Positions 51,814-64,000 of a stretch of 64,000 nucleotides of DNA are shown here, one piece after another. The stretch is from Octopus sinensis. Taxonomy: Eukaryota. The position numbers and the translations under genes were made by a program. The stretch's first letter is position 1. Each line of letters starts with the position of its first letter. Below the pieces are notes generated by a model. That model ran no database searches, was not told the DNA's origin, and saw only the letters and a list, made by a program, of their open reading frames with translations. The stretch covers positions 78,802,001-78,866,000 of the forward strand of contig NC_042999.1 in assembly GCF_006345805.1 (NCBI RefSeq), given 5' to 3'.

Positions 51814-52768
51814 GTAGGGAGTGAATACAAGACGGCTCATTTAATCAAACTCACTTCCACCGAAGATCTAATTTCAATGTCACCCTAACGTATCGTTTCT
51901 TACCTTTCTAACTAGAAAATATCAATTTCACTTATTTTTATGTATTCATTTATTTATTTTGTTTACTTGTTTGTTTGTTTGTTTGTTTGTGCTTGTCTTG
52001 TGTTAGTTAGACAGTTCAACCGTCAGAAATGGCATGCATACTTGTATTATATTTCGAATAAATTTCATTACATATCTAAAGGTGATGGGTAGATGTTCAA
52101 GGAGAGTGGGTACATTTTGGGTATGTGTGGGAATGGGGTTGAGGAAAGAATGACATTTTCACATTTTACTCTCACCTGTCGGATTTCAGAAAAAAAAAGT
52201 AAAAATGCCCAGAATTTATAATTCTATAAAAAAAAGTATCTCCCCGTCACCCCCAAGGAACAGCACGGCAAGACAAGCAAGACGCAATAGGTTATTAAAC
52301 GGCGCCAGGTATCGCTTGTAAACATGACTTAGGACCAGGCCACTACGGAAGCCACCCATAACCACCACCACCCTCACTATCACTATCACTACCACCACTA
52401 CCACTAACACCGTCACCACTACCGCTGCCTTCGCCAACAATAATCACGACCATCAAAGTCACCACCAAATCTACTCCCACTGTCTCTAACTCGACTGACG
52501 CTACTTTCATACTCACAACAAAGCCACCGCTACCGTCACGACTACAAACTCCATGGCCACCGCCATCCCTCCACCCACCACCAATGTCGCCACCACTATC
52601 ACGGATATTGTGTCATTCATCTTCATCATCATCTTCACCATCATCTTCATCATTATTGACATTAATTTTCGTGCTTTTATTGTTGTATTTAAGTTCGTTA
52701 AATAAGGTAGATCTCTTTCACCCTATGTTCTTCTTTATCTCTCCTTGTCCGTCTGTCTGTCTGTCTGC

Positions 52769-52863
<95 letters not shown>

Positions 52864-52969
52864 GCTCGAACCGTAACCCCTTTACAGAAACAATTCACAG
52901 AATAAGACAAATTAGGAGACACACGAACATACCTAATTATAAGAACGAACATGTGTGTGTGAGTGTGTA

Positions 52970-53250
52970 TTAGCATGCTAGTGGTTAGGGTGTTTCACTT
53001 GAAATCACAAGATCGTGATTTCGATTCCCAGAGCGACATGACTTCATTTCACGCTGCTCCAGTCGCACCCAGCTGTATGTATGTAACCTTACCACGGACA
53101 GGCGTTGCTGTGTGGTTAGAAGTTTGCTTCCCAAACATATTGTTCCGAGTTCAGTCCCACCTTGGGCAAGTGTCTTCTACTATGCCCTCGGTCCGGCCAA
53201 AGCCTTGTTAGTGGATTTGGTGGACGGAAACTGAAAGAAGCCCGTCGTTT
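52970..53250 (+). mobile_element. Decayed family C head followed by SINE family B head and body (53097-53250)
   Basis: ctagtggttagggtg..cgtgatttcgattccc; gctgtgtggttagaag..gacggaaactgaaagaagcccgtcg. Confidence 0.75.
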
Positions 53251-53252
53251 AT

Positions 53253-53333
<81 letters not shown>

Positions 53334-53393
53334 TGTGTGTGTGTGTATGTGTGTGTGTATGTATGTATGTATGTATGTATATATGTATGTATA

Positions 53394-53439
<46 letters not shown>

Positions 53440-53470
53440 ATGTATGTATGCATGTATATATGTATGTATA

Positions 53471-53583
<113 letters not shown>

Positions 53584-54048
53584 CATACACATATATAGTC
53601 TTTCGGTTTGATCACAGAAACTTATTGAGAGGTATACACCTTGTAAGAATTTCTGATCCTTAAATATAGGAGATCGGTGCACTTCTTACATCTAAGAAGG
53701 ATGTGTTTGTTTCAGTTATACAGAGCCTGCACTTGTTGATTAGTTAATGAATGACCGATGGCGAGCAGTATTTTTTGTTTTTGTTTTTAGACGTAAGCAC
53801 AAGAGTAATACAGTAAAATACAGCCAGCCATCACTGGCATGATAACATGTTCCGTGGTTTAGTTAATAGTTTTAAGTGCCTATGTAGTCACGAGCAGACA
53901 TAGACAACCTTTATCTCTTTATCATTGACTCAATGATATATGTCAAATATGTGATAGCTAGAGAGAAAGAGGATTGCATCAACACAAGGCTGGTGCTTAT
54001 TGAAAACTGAGTAGCCTGAAACAACATGAAAGGAAGTGCCTTACTTAA

Positions 54049-54678
54049 GGGTCATTTATAAATAATCAAGGTAATATAAATAATCAAGGTAATCCTATGC
54101 AATACAATAACATGAAAACAAAGTTTGTAGGTTTTTCCTAATATATATGTAGAAACATAAGACTTTGCTATACGGATTAAGATCCGCATAGCTTGGAAAC
54201 AAAAACAAAATCAAAATCCATCGTAGCGCTCATCGATCAAGAGTCAAAATCAAAATCAAAAATCAAAAATACAAAATATATACTCTATCCATATGGTATA
54301 TTTATATTCGACATTTTAAATTTAGCCGCGTGCCTACATAAGTTCATTAGCTCACTTCTTTGATTCAAAGAATTATTGTCTTTGAATAAGATGTACATTA
54401 TTTCTAATAGACAAAGTCTGCACTTGAAATATTTTTGTAAGCTCCATGCCTGCATGGTGCCGCCCTGTCCAGAATGCTCCATGTCACGTTGAAAGGTGGG
54501 GCTTCCTTTTCTTTGAACTTATGTAGGCACGCGGCTAAATTTAAAATGTCGAATATAAATATACCATATGGATAGAGTATATATATTAGGAAAAACCTAC
54601 AAACTTTGTTTTCATGTTATTGTATTGCATAGGATTAACTTGATTATTTATATTACCTTGATTATTTATAAATGACCC
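54049..54678 (-). mobile_element. Penelope-like element 3' fragment with inverted terminal copy (palindromic insertion)
   Basis: Minus strand ..VTWSILDRAAP../KCRLCLLEIMYILFKDNNSLNQRSELMNLCRHAAKFKMSNI* is a GIY-YIG-associated C-terminus of PLE type. The 165-bp arms match at 164/165 positions. Confidence 0.8.
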
Positions 54679-55521
54679 AAAATAGGATGTTATATTTTAT
54701 TTATATGTCTTTCGTATAATATTTTTATTAATGCACCCATTTTTAAAAGCATGTTTTTTTTAAAAAAGCAATGTTGTCAAAATTAGAATTTTATATAAGT
54801 ATGTGTATAGCAAAGCATATGTATTTGTAAGCATGCGTATTGTGTATGTGTAAGTGAAAGTATGTTTGTGCTTAAGCACACATATACACGATTGTATGTA
54901 TATGTATCCATTCAAACTTGTGTATGGTATACTGGTCTCTATATATTGCCAATAACACCGTTACACTGCTTGTATACATATTTTTTCTTATTTCGTTTTT
55001 TCCCCACCCCGCCGTCCGTTCCTTTTTCTCTCTCTCTCTCCTCTTTTCTCTCCTCCCTTTCTTTCGTTCCCCCTCCTTGCTCGTATATAGAATTGCTACA
55101 TATGATGAATTTTAGCTTGCGTGCGAGACGGTTTGCGTGAATATATGTACACATGCTTTTATGGTGTATATTTAGACTTATATTCATATGTCTGTATATG
55201 TATGTATGGCGTTTACGCGCATCCTTTTTGTATGTTGATATATATCTGTAGATTTTAATATAAATATGTATTGCAGTATTTATAACAGGTTTAATTTCTA
55301 TGCATTAATTTGCACTGTCTTCATTAACGTCAATAGGTTTTTTCCTCGGATTTTATAATTTTTAAAGTTTTTTATATATATACATATATTTTTGACCTTT
55401 TGTTTATCGCTCGAAGATTGACCGTTTTTTCTAAAGGGCCAATCAAACAAGTCCATTTCTTTTTAAAGGTGTAGCGTTTGTAAGAGTCTAGATTGAATTG
55501 ATATATCAGTTCCATTCTAGC

Positions 55522-55569
55522 AAAAACTGTCTGATGAACGGCACGAGAACTCAGAGTAACAGATTTTGT
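55522..55569 (+). ncRNA. Hammerhead-like motif with damaged GAAA
   Basis: AAAAACTGT-CTGATGA-A-CG-gca-CG-AGAA-CTC-a-GAG-TA-ACAGATTTT; stem I 8/9 bp. Confidence 0.45.
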
Positions 55570-56094
55570 TGAATTTTCTGCTGCTTAAAATATATATATA
55601 TATATATATATATTATACATATATATATATATATATATATATATTATCAATAAAATATCTAAATATAAATCAGAAGTATAAAAATATACATCCGTAATAT
55701 TAAAATATTTTCATTATTTCTTAAGAGCTGCCTTTTTACAGATGGCTTTTTATATTGTTTTACCAACAGGATTTTCTCACCATTGGAATGCACTGTCTTT
55801 ATGATAATCACAGGTAGCTAGTGTCTTGATGACAGTCACGGTGATCTGATATATAATGGTTTCCACAGATGTGTTAAACAATTGATATTTTCGGTCATTG
55901 GCATTTGCACCTGTCTCATAAAGACATAACTTTGGAAATTTAATTTGATTTAACAGTCAAGGAGTCTACACGTATAGCCATTATGAAATAATTTACAAGT
56001 TTCTGAGAAAAATACAAGGTGCATTCTAAGCTTTGAAACTTTTTCAAATGAGAGATATTTATTTACTTCAACGAAGTACAGAACTCTTGTCTCC

Positions 56095-56414
56095 ATCAAA
56101 GTACGATCCTCTTATTTCAATACACATGAGTTTCCCGGTGGACCTGCTTCGCCAGGAACATCATCGGGTACTGAATACTTCTTGAAAATTTTAATCTTGA
56201 CTATTAAGATCGTATTTTCTTAACTTTTGAGTATTATTAGGTTAAAGTTACATTAGTTATTTAACACTATATCAAAGTCTACAAGTTTGCACATACGTAT
56301 TATGAATTCACAACATATGCATACATAGTTACAAGGATCACACGCACACACACAAGCACAACACACACACATACACACACACACACACACGCACACACAC
56401 GCACACACACGCAC

Positions 56415-56467
<53 letters not shown>

Positions 56468-56825
56468 TGCTATTTTACAGTCATAAACTATAAGTACACA
56501 CATATTTACAGATCAATGAAATCTGAGATCTAGAGATTCCGGTGTATACATGAGTAGCAAATTTGATGACAAGCATTAAGTATTCATACAAAGAAAGAAC
56601 AAAAAAAAAAGAAAGAATGAAAGAAAGGGCTAGGTAGATGAATGAACAAATAAACACACATAATACGCAGGAGTGGCTGTGTGGTAAGTAGCTTGCTTAC
56701 CATCCACATGGTTCCGGGATCAGTCCCACTGCGTAGCACCTTGGGCAAGTGTCTACTACTATAGCCTCGGGCCGACCAAAGCCTTGTGAGTGGATTTGGT
56801 ATACGGAAACTGAAAGAAGCCTGTT

Positions 56826-56888
<63 letters not shown>

Positions 56889-56910
56889 TGTGTGTGTGTT
56901 GTGTGTGTGG

Positions 56911-56945
<35 letters not shown>

Positions 56946-57165
56946 GTGTGTGTGTATGTTTGTGTGTCTTTGTTTGTCCCCCCAACATCGCTTGACAACC
57001 GATACTGGTGTATTTACGTCCCCGTAACTTAGCGGTTCGGCTAAAGAGACCGATAGAATAAGTACTATGCTTACAAAGAATAAATCCTGGGTCAATTTCT
57101 TCGACTAAAGGCAGTGCTCCAGCATGGCTGCAGTCAAATGACTGAAACAAGTAAAAGTGTAAAGA
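56095..57165 (+). repeat. Local duplication copy 2 (with (CA)n expansion and SINE B at 56666-57165)
   Basis: Colinear with 48584-49430. Confidence 0.85.
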
Positions 57166-57326
57166 GTATATAAATAAACATTTGATACCATCAACGTCAG
57201 GATACCATCGATGACTTTGATGATGATGATATTGCCGTTGCTGCAGCTGATGGTGATCATGATGATGATGATGCGACGACGATGATGATGATCTTAATGA
57301 CTGCGACGATGACAATATACACTCAC

Positions 57327-57724
57327 AAGATAGCGAGCTTTCAGAGACGTTAGCACGCTTGGCGAAATGCTTAGCGGTATTTTGTCTGCCGTTACGTTCT
57401 GAGTTCAAATTCCACCGAGGTCGACTTTGCCTTTCATCCTTTCGGGGTCGATAAATTTAGTACCAGTTACGCACTGGGGTCGATATAATCGACTTAATCC
57501 GTTTGTCTGTCCTTGTTTGTCCTCTCTGTGTTTAGCCCCTTGTGGATAGTAAAGAAATAGGTATTTCGTCTGTCTTTATGTTCTGAGTTTAAATTCAGCC
57601 AAGGTTGACTTTGCTTTCATCCATTCCGGGTCGATAAATTAAGTACCAGTTGCGTATTGGAGTCGATCTAATCGACTGGTCCTCCTCTCCCAAAATTTCA
57701 GGCCTTGTGCCTAGAGTAGAAAAG
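57327..57724 (+). mobile_element. SINE family A dimer with 13-bp TSD
   Basis: aatata(c/g)actcac at 57314-57326 and 57725-57737. Confidence 0.9.
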
Positions 57725-58229
57725 AATATAGACTCACTTACATCCATTATGCCACAATGGAAGTTTGCACGCATGGCTTAAATGTCATAGACACACTGGA
57801 GTTAGAAAAACAAACCAGTTACATATATCTATACACACACAGACACATACACACATGTACACGCACATGTACTAAAGCAGAAACTTATTCATACACAAGC
57901 ACACAGCAACACGCAAACGAATAAGAAAGTCATATTATCATATAATATAATATGATATCAAAAAGAGAAAGACTGAATCATTATCTAATACTGTATCTGG
58001 CCCTGTTTGCCGCCCAGTCACTCGCCTCAGTCCTTCAAACGTAGCAGAGCATGACCTAGCAAATCTTGCTTTTCACGTTCATACCGTACCTGTTCACCCC
58101 AGCATGTCACTCTCGTCTCCAGGTATATTGTTTCATTTGGGGGTGATATCTTATTATAGACATTGGCCAACATTGGCCGAGAGTGTTAGCGTGTAATTAC
58201 GTGTGTGTATGTAAATGTATATATATATT

Positions 58230-58299
<70 letters not shown>

Positions 58300-58309
58300 G
58301 TGTGTGTGT

Positions 58310-58355
<46 letters not shown>

Positions 58356-58844
58356 CGCGTATGCACACACACATTGCGTGTGTGCATACGCGTATACATT
58401 AATGCACATTGTATTAATGTACTCTGGGAGTGGCATTTCGCCAATAAAAGCACGTGTATTGATTGTGGTTTAATATCCTTATAAATAAATAAATGTATAA
58501 ATAAAGCAATTAATTAAACAAATAATTGATTTGTTAATGTCTTTCACCACCCTACACCACATCACACAATGGCAGTCTTCTTTTCTGTTTTTCTGTGTCT
58601 GTATGTAAATATGTATGTACTTGTATATGCCTGGTGTGTTATTGTGTGCGCGCGCGTATTGTATTAGTGTGATGTGCATGTGTGTGTGTATATATATACT
58701 GAGGCATTAGAGTGATGAAAGTAATTTAAGGAAAATCTACGTAATCTCCAATTGAATCTCGTACCCATTAATAAAAATATTTCTTTATACCGATACGAAC
58801 TGTAGAATTTGCAAATCTATGCAAATGACATTACTCTTTACTCT

Positions 58845-59200
58845 TTTACTTATTTCAGTCATTTGACTGCGGCCAAATCGACTCCAGGACTTATTCTTTG
58901 TAAACCTAGTACTTATTCTCTCGGTCTCTTTTGCCGAACCACTAACTTACGGGGACGTAAACACACCAGCATCGGCTGTCAAGCGATGTTGCGGGGGACA
59001 AACACAGACACACAAACACACACATATATATACATATATACGAGGGACTTCTTTTCAGTTTCCATCTACCAAATCTACTCACAAAGCTTTGGTTGGCTCG
59101 AGGTCACAGTAGAAGACACTTGCCCAAGGTGCCACGCAGTTGGACTGAACCCGGAACTATGTGGTTGGTAAGCAAGCTACTTACCACACAGTCACTCCTG
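58845..59200 (-). mobile_element. SINE family B
   Basis: Head, body and tail on the minus strand. Confidence 0.85.
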
Positions 59201-60519
59201 TGCCTAGATATAAATCTAGATATAAATTGTAAAACCAGGAGCGTAGAATACAGCATGAGGGGTCGTGTGACATCGCTCCAACTTATATGGAAAGAGTAGC
59301 TTGTAGATGTGATGAAAGAACCGACAACATTGAGTGGGTATAATGCAAACAGATCGGCTTTACAAACAAGCATTAGACAAGCATGAATAATCGATAAATA
59401 CTGTCGAGATATATAAGTGCTATCCGCATGCTCACGCGATCCAACATTCAGGTAAATTAGCGAAGCAGTATCCATACAAAAAGTTGGCTGCTCTTTCAAA
59501 TAGAAAGAGTAAGCTTGCAAGAAGCGTCATACCTTATAACAAATTAAACTCAGAAGCAGTGACGGCTCGTAGATAAGATTAGTGGGGCTGCTGCTTCAGG
59601 AAATTTTTAGCCGCTGTTTTAATATTGTGTAAAAGAAAACAAACATATAAAAAGAAAATTTATACATATACAGTGGTGGTGCCCCAGCATGGCCGCGGCC
59701 TTCGGGCTAAAACATTTTTAAAGATTTAAGGATACTTGATCGGTTCACGCTTTATCCACTGCCGGGTAGTGTTTAATTTAGTGTGCTTAATTTATCACAT
59801 TCAAGAATATAAACACGTTTTTAAGCACAGTACACGCGGAGTCAAAAAGAAACACTACCTTCCACCGGAACACCTGGATCGGCACTGTCGTTCACGCAGT
59901 GCTCTAACCCCTTCGGACATGTGAGCATGCGCACAACAGCCAAAAATCGCATCGCTAGAACTGTGAAGCGTACAGTTCTAAACAAGGATTTTTGTATTTT
60001 TTTCATAAACTAGGGGATGGCTACTGACATTAAGCGTAAGGATTATATAATGTACAAGTATAAAGAAAGAATTAAAGAAAAAAGAACTCATTATATTGAA
60101 TGTTATCGATAATATAGAGTGGAAATAGGGGGTGCTGCAGTTCCACAGTGCTTATAAACGAGCTGCCACTCATCAGAAGGTAAGAGCTGAAAGAGCGGGG
60201 TTTCTTCTCTGAAGACCTTTTGTCGTTCAGCTCTCTTGGGAGTTTCTTACATCTGCAATCTGCATTTCCATACGATCTGACAGTCATGTAGGTCAGTGAA
60301 GCGGTATTCATACGAAAAATTGATTTCTCTCTCAACCAGAAACAAAGAGTAAGCTAGCAATAAACCTTGCTAACTATCATACCCCAGACAAAGTATAGTA
60401 GCAACTCAAACCCAATGATAATAATATTAGTTAGCACATATCAATATTAATTACACAATAAAGCAGGGGAGAAAATGTGAGTTAATATAGTATAATGGTT
60501 TCATATTTTGACACTATTT

Positions 60520-60708
60520 TGACACAAGGTAAGGGGCTAGGTCGATTTCATCGACTCTAGTGTTCAACTGATACTCATTTTATCGACCCCAAAAGGATGA
60601 AAAGCAAAGTCAACCCCAGCAGAATATGAACTCAGAACGTAAAGACGAACGAAATATCGCTTAGAATTTTGCCCGGCGTGGTAACGATTCAGTCAGCTAA
60701 CTGCCTTA
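60520..60708 (-). mobile_element. SINE family A monomer
   Basis: atcgaccccaaaaggatgaaaagcaaagtcaacc..gaactcagaacgtaaagac. Confidence 0.85.
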
Positions 60709-61096
60709 GAGTTAATATAGTAAAATACAATACAGTGTAGTATAACACATTAAAGGGACGATATGTATATCATGCATGCGCGTCTGTTTACATGCACGTG
60801 CGTTTGAATGTGCGTATTTATATATTACACAAAGAGGCGCGTTTGTGCGTGCAAGAGTACACGTGTATATGTGTTCATGTTTGGCCGACATACGCATACT
60901 CAGCAACAGAAAGTCAAACAATCAATCCATTCTTTTTGCTGTCGACGCCACTGCAACTTGGGCACCTTTGTATGTTTCATAAAACCATAAATCTGAATCT
61001 GGAATGTTCGTCGTCAAGATTCAGGTTGAACAAAGTTCTTTTCGTTAGGATGACCAGTGTTTGCTCATTCATCTACTTTTCCCTTCTCCACGCCAG

Positions 61097-61230
61097 TGAA
61101 GTTGTCCAAAGGAAGAACAATACCGACACAGCTTTGTCCCTGCGTCGTCGCTGGCGGAACAGACCACGCAAGACATCCCGTCCGACGGTTTTTACAATAC
61201 CACCGTAGACTGATACCAAAGTTTATCTTG
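61097..61230 (+). CDS. Candidate exon in a GC/CpG-rich island
   Basis: Acceptor ctacttttcccttctccacgccag|, donor TTG|gtaaga, one open frame xKLSKGRTIPTQLCPCVVAGGTDHARHPVRRFLQYHRRLIPKFIL; no recognised homology. Confidence 0.25.
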
Positions 61231-62077
61231 GTAAGATTTGAACTCAGTACTCGCAAATAAATATCACAAAAGGATGTAATGGTTCTGCCAAATTACCGTC
61301 GAAGAGCTGCAGCTGCTGAAACTGACGTTAAGGATAATGTTGTGTTGTTGCTATCGCTGCTGTTTAACTCCAGGTAAGCCTTGATCCAGATGAGAAGTGA
61401 TCAAGAATCAAGCCATGATCGTCTCGTATTTTCACAGATACTGTGTTTCACATGTCCTTTCCTTTTTTCGATAGTAAAGTAAGTTGAGTTTAGAATGCGA
61501 TACAGATGCTATTTCTCGCTTGTCGAACAGCTGCGTAGATCGAATCCAATTCTTGTTTGCTCATATTACTCTTTTTAATGCATCGTTTGTTCGATCTCAA
61601 GACAGCTCTGATCAAACAGACCCATGGTTAGAGACGTTCCATCCATAACAATTCTGACTTTTTCTTTTCCAGACATTTTATACTATGGCTTGCATTATCC
61701 AATATGTTTTTTTTTTCAAAAGAAAACGGTGTAATGATTTAGACAATTTATATAACTTTACATATATTGCGTGGAAACAATTGTAGTGATTAAAAAATGA
61801 ATGTCCAACGACACTCCTTCTTGTTGACTCCAATGTTTTCAATTATATATATTTCTTGTTGCCCTGCGATCATTTCATTATCTGACATGTGGCACATGGT
61901 GCAGCTGTACAGATAATGTCAGCTTAATATAGTGAGTGAACACGAACATTTGATCACCATAAACAAATCATCTGCGCGGTTGTTCAGCAAGAAATTGCCG
62001 AACCCTCATACGTCGTTTAATGACGGGGTAGTCCATGATGATATGCATATATTTACACACACACGCACACACACACA

Positions 62078-62130
<53 letters not shown>

Positions 62131-62199
62131 CATATACAACAATTTGGCAATAATTACTATGGCAATTATTGCCTCAGGTAATGTCTAACTCAGTAACAC

Positions 62200-62400
62200 C
62201 ACTTGAAATAGTCTTTGAAGTAATGCATCAGGACATCATAGCGCTCTCGACTGGTATTTCTTGGAGGAATTTGCTTAGGTACTGTTTGAATGTAATGAGG
62301 TCTTTGTCTTTTAGATTTCTTTCTGGTTAACGTTGCATAAAAGATGGCCAGCTGAAATGAAAAGTTGCGTTGTTATGTTGTTATGTAATGTGAGCTCAAG
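62200..62400 (-). mobile_element. Decayed CR1-type LINE 3' end
   Basis: Minus strand LKDKDLITFKQYLSKFLQEIP resembles the CR1 C-terminus seen at 36020-36346. Confidence 0.5.
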
Positions 62401-64000
62401 TTTAGTAGCAAGCGTATGTTTCTGGAGTCAAGTCTTGTGAACTTAATATCGGCATCATTTTGACTATGTTAATGAACTATTTACTACTGAGTACAAATGA
62501 CAAAGCGCTCACACCGGAGTTGGGAAGAATGAAATTTGAACATTCTGACGCGATCTCATTATTTTTGTGATCGACGTCTGGGGTGTTATACTTGAAAATT
62601 ATTCAACCAATAGAATCTTGATAGATTCCCGGTGAATCTCTATGCAAGAAATCTTGCTGCTACATCTAGCAGACCGACTGGCTGGCCTGTCGTCATCGTA
62701 GTTGCATAGTTGACGACATGGTCGTCGTTGTTGTCAGTGGTATTGTTGTCAGCTCAGCTTAACCGAGAAATCAATGGCTGGAATGTTGTTTGAATATGTA
62801 GTCACATTCTTTACTTTCTTAAGATCTTAATTTCATGCAATATGTCTGAAATGTCATCCATAGCAGAAGCCATTTGTCACACTGTTTCACCCTAAGTTAT
62901 AATCATTCCACCCCTATCTCTCCCCCTTCCTTTCTCATTCTTTCACTTTCGTTGCGCCTGCTTCTATTTTTTATACACACACGCACACGTATGCAAGTTT
63001 ATGTATAGGTATATAAGTATACACACATACATATACACATACATGTGTATTTATGTATACATATACATAAACGTATACATATACGTATGCATGTATATAT
63101 GCATGTGTGTATGTATTTTCATATATGTGTGTGTGTATGTGCAGTTATATATGCATGAATGAGTGAACAAACGAAAGAAAGGAAAGTAGCACCCAACTCA
63201 TATGGCTAGAATTACATATATTTAATAACAATTTGATATAGCTCCACATAAATTTTCGTGTGTGTTGTACAGGTCCTCCTCATCAGTCTCCAAATATCTG
63301 TTGATATGGAAGTGTTCAACTCTCAAGAAAGATCGAGTAATGTGCACCTGAGACAAATTTTTGTATATATATATCAAGAACAATCTTACTTAGAAAGGGA
63401 TGCGTGCGTTCCATCATATAATATATTAATAAATAAAACATATGCATATATATATATACATATATGTACGTACCTACCTCTACATGTATATATACATGCA
63501 TATATGAGTACAGGACACTAAAAAAAACGTCGAACACAATGAGAAACGAAAACATAGACACAAACCCAAGGAACTGGACATTTTTCTTAAACAACAAAAA
63601 AATAGAGTACAGAACAAATAACACAAGGAAAAAACCCCTTCTTCAGTCGCCATGGTTTCATCTACTCTGCGTTTCGAAGGGGAAGGCGAGGCGCATCTTC
63701 GATAGAAACTTTCCTTCCTGCGAAAAGCAAATCAAATAAAATTTGAGTAATAAAAAAATGTACATCCATATATTACAATATCCGGCGTATGTGACCTGTG
63801 ACTTAAGGCTGCTTTGTGCATCCTGTTAAGTGATGAAAACTTGGTAAACAAGCATGCAGAGAAAATACCGAGATAAGTAAGAGAAGGAAAAAGAAATATG
63901 AAATAGGATCGTCAATAATAAAAAATGCACACCCATACAATACACTATCTTGCGTGTGTGCCTTGTGCTTTGAGGAAGCCTTGTGCAACCTGTTAAGGAA

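Noticed and set aside
58018-58122. Open frame between AG and GT (TRLSPSNVAEHDL..)
   Set aside because: Modest splice signals and no homology; could be decayed TE sequence on the other strand.
63255-63290. CTGATGA..GAAA on the minus strand (likewise CTGATGA at ~60165)
   Set aside because: Stems I and III do not form; at most decayed remnants.

Overview
AT-rich eukaryotic genomic DNA dense in microsatellites and retroposons. The repeat families look like those of Octopus (recalled, not database-verified). No complete protein-coding gene is present, and nearly all ORFs in the supplied track are translations of simple repeats. Supported content: (1) dozens of tRNA-derived SINE copies from 3-4 families, including dimers and dimer+monomer composites each bracketed by one target-site duplication (TSD); (2) decayed CR1-type LINE fragments; (3) two 3' fragments of R4/Dong-type restriction-like-endonuclease (RLE) LINEs, one inside a (TAA)n array and one inside a (CATA)n array; (4) a ~550-bp non-coding element without a tRNA head, present in 3 copies in (AAT)n arrays, with a covarying 3' stem; (5) a Helitron helicase remnant, several Helitron 3' ends and one intact non-autonomous Helitron; (6) mariner remnants; (7) Penelope-like element (PLE) remnants, including a near-perfect palindrome and several minimal hammerhead ribozyme motifs with variant cores, the best being a U3-A8 compensated core at 22353-22392; (8) several foldback hairpins and two local duplications; (9) one fairly good candidate coding exon of a host gene (51695-51813, +), which suggests much of the window is intronic. 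Coordinates of decayed repeats are approximate to within about 10-20 bp.
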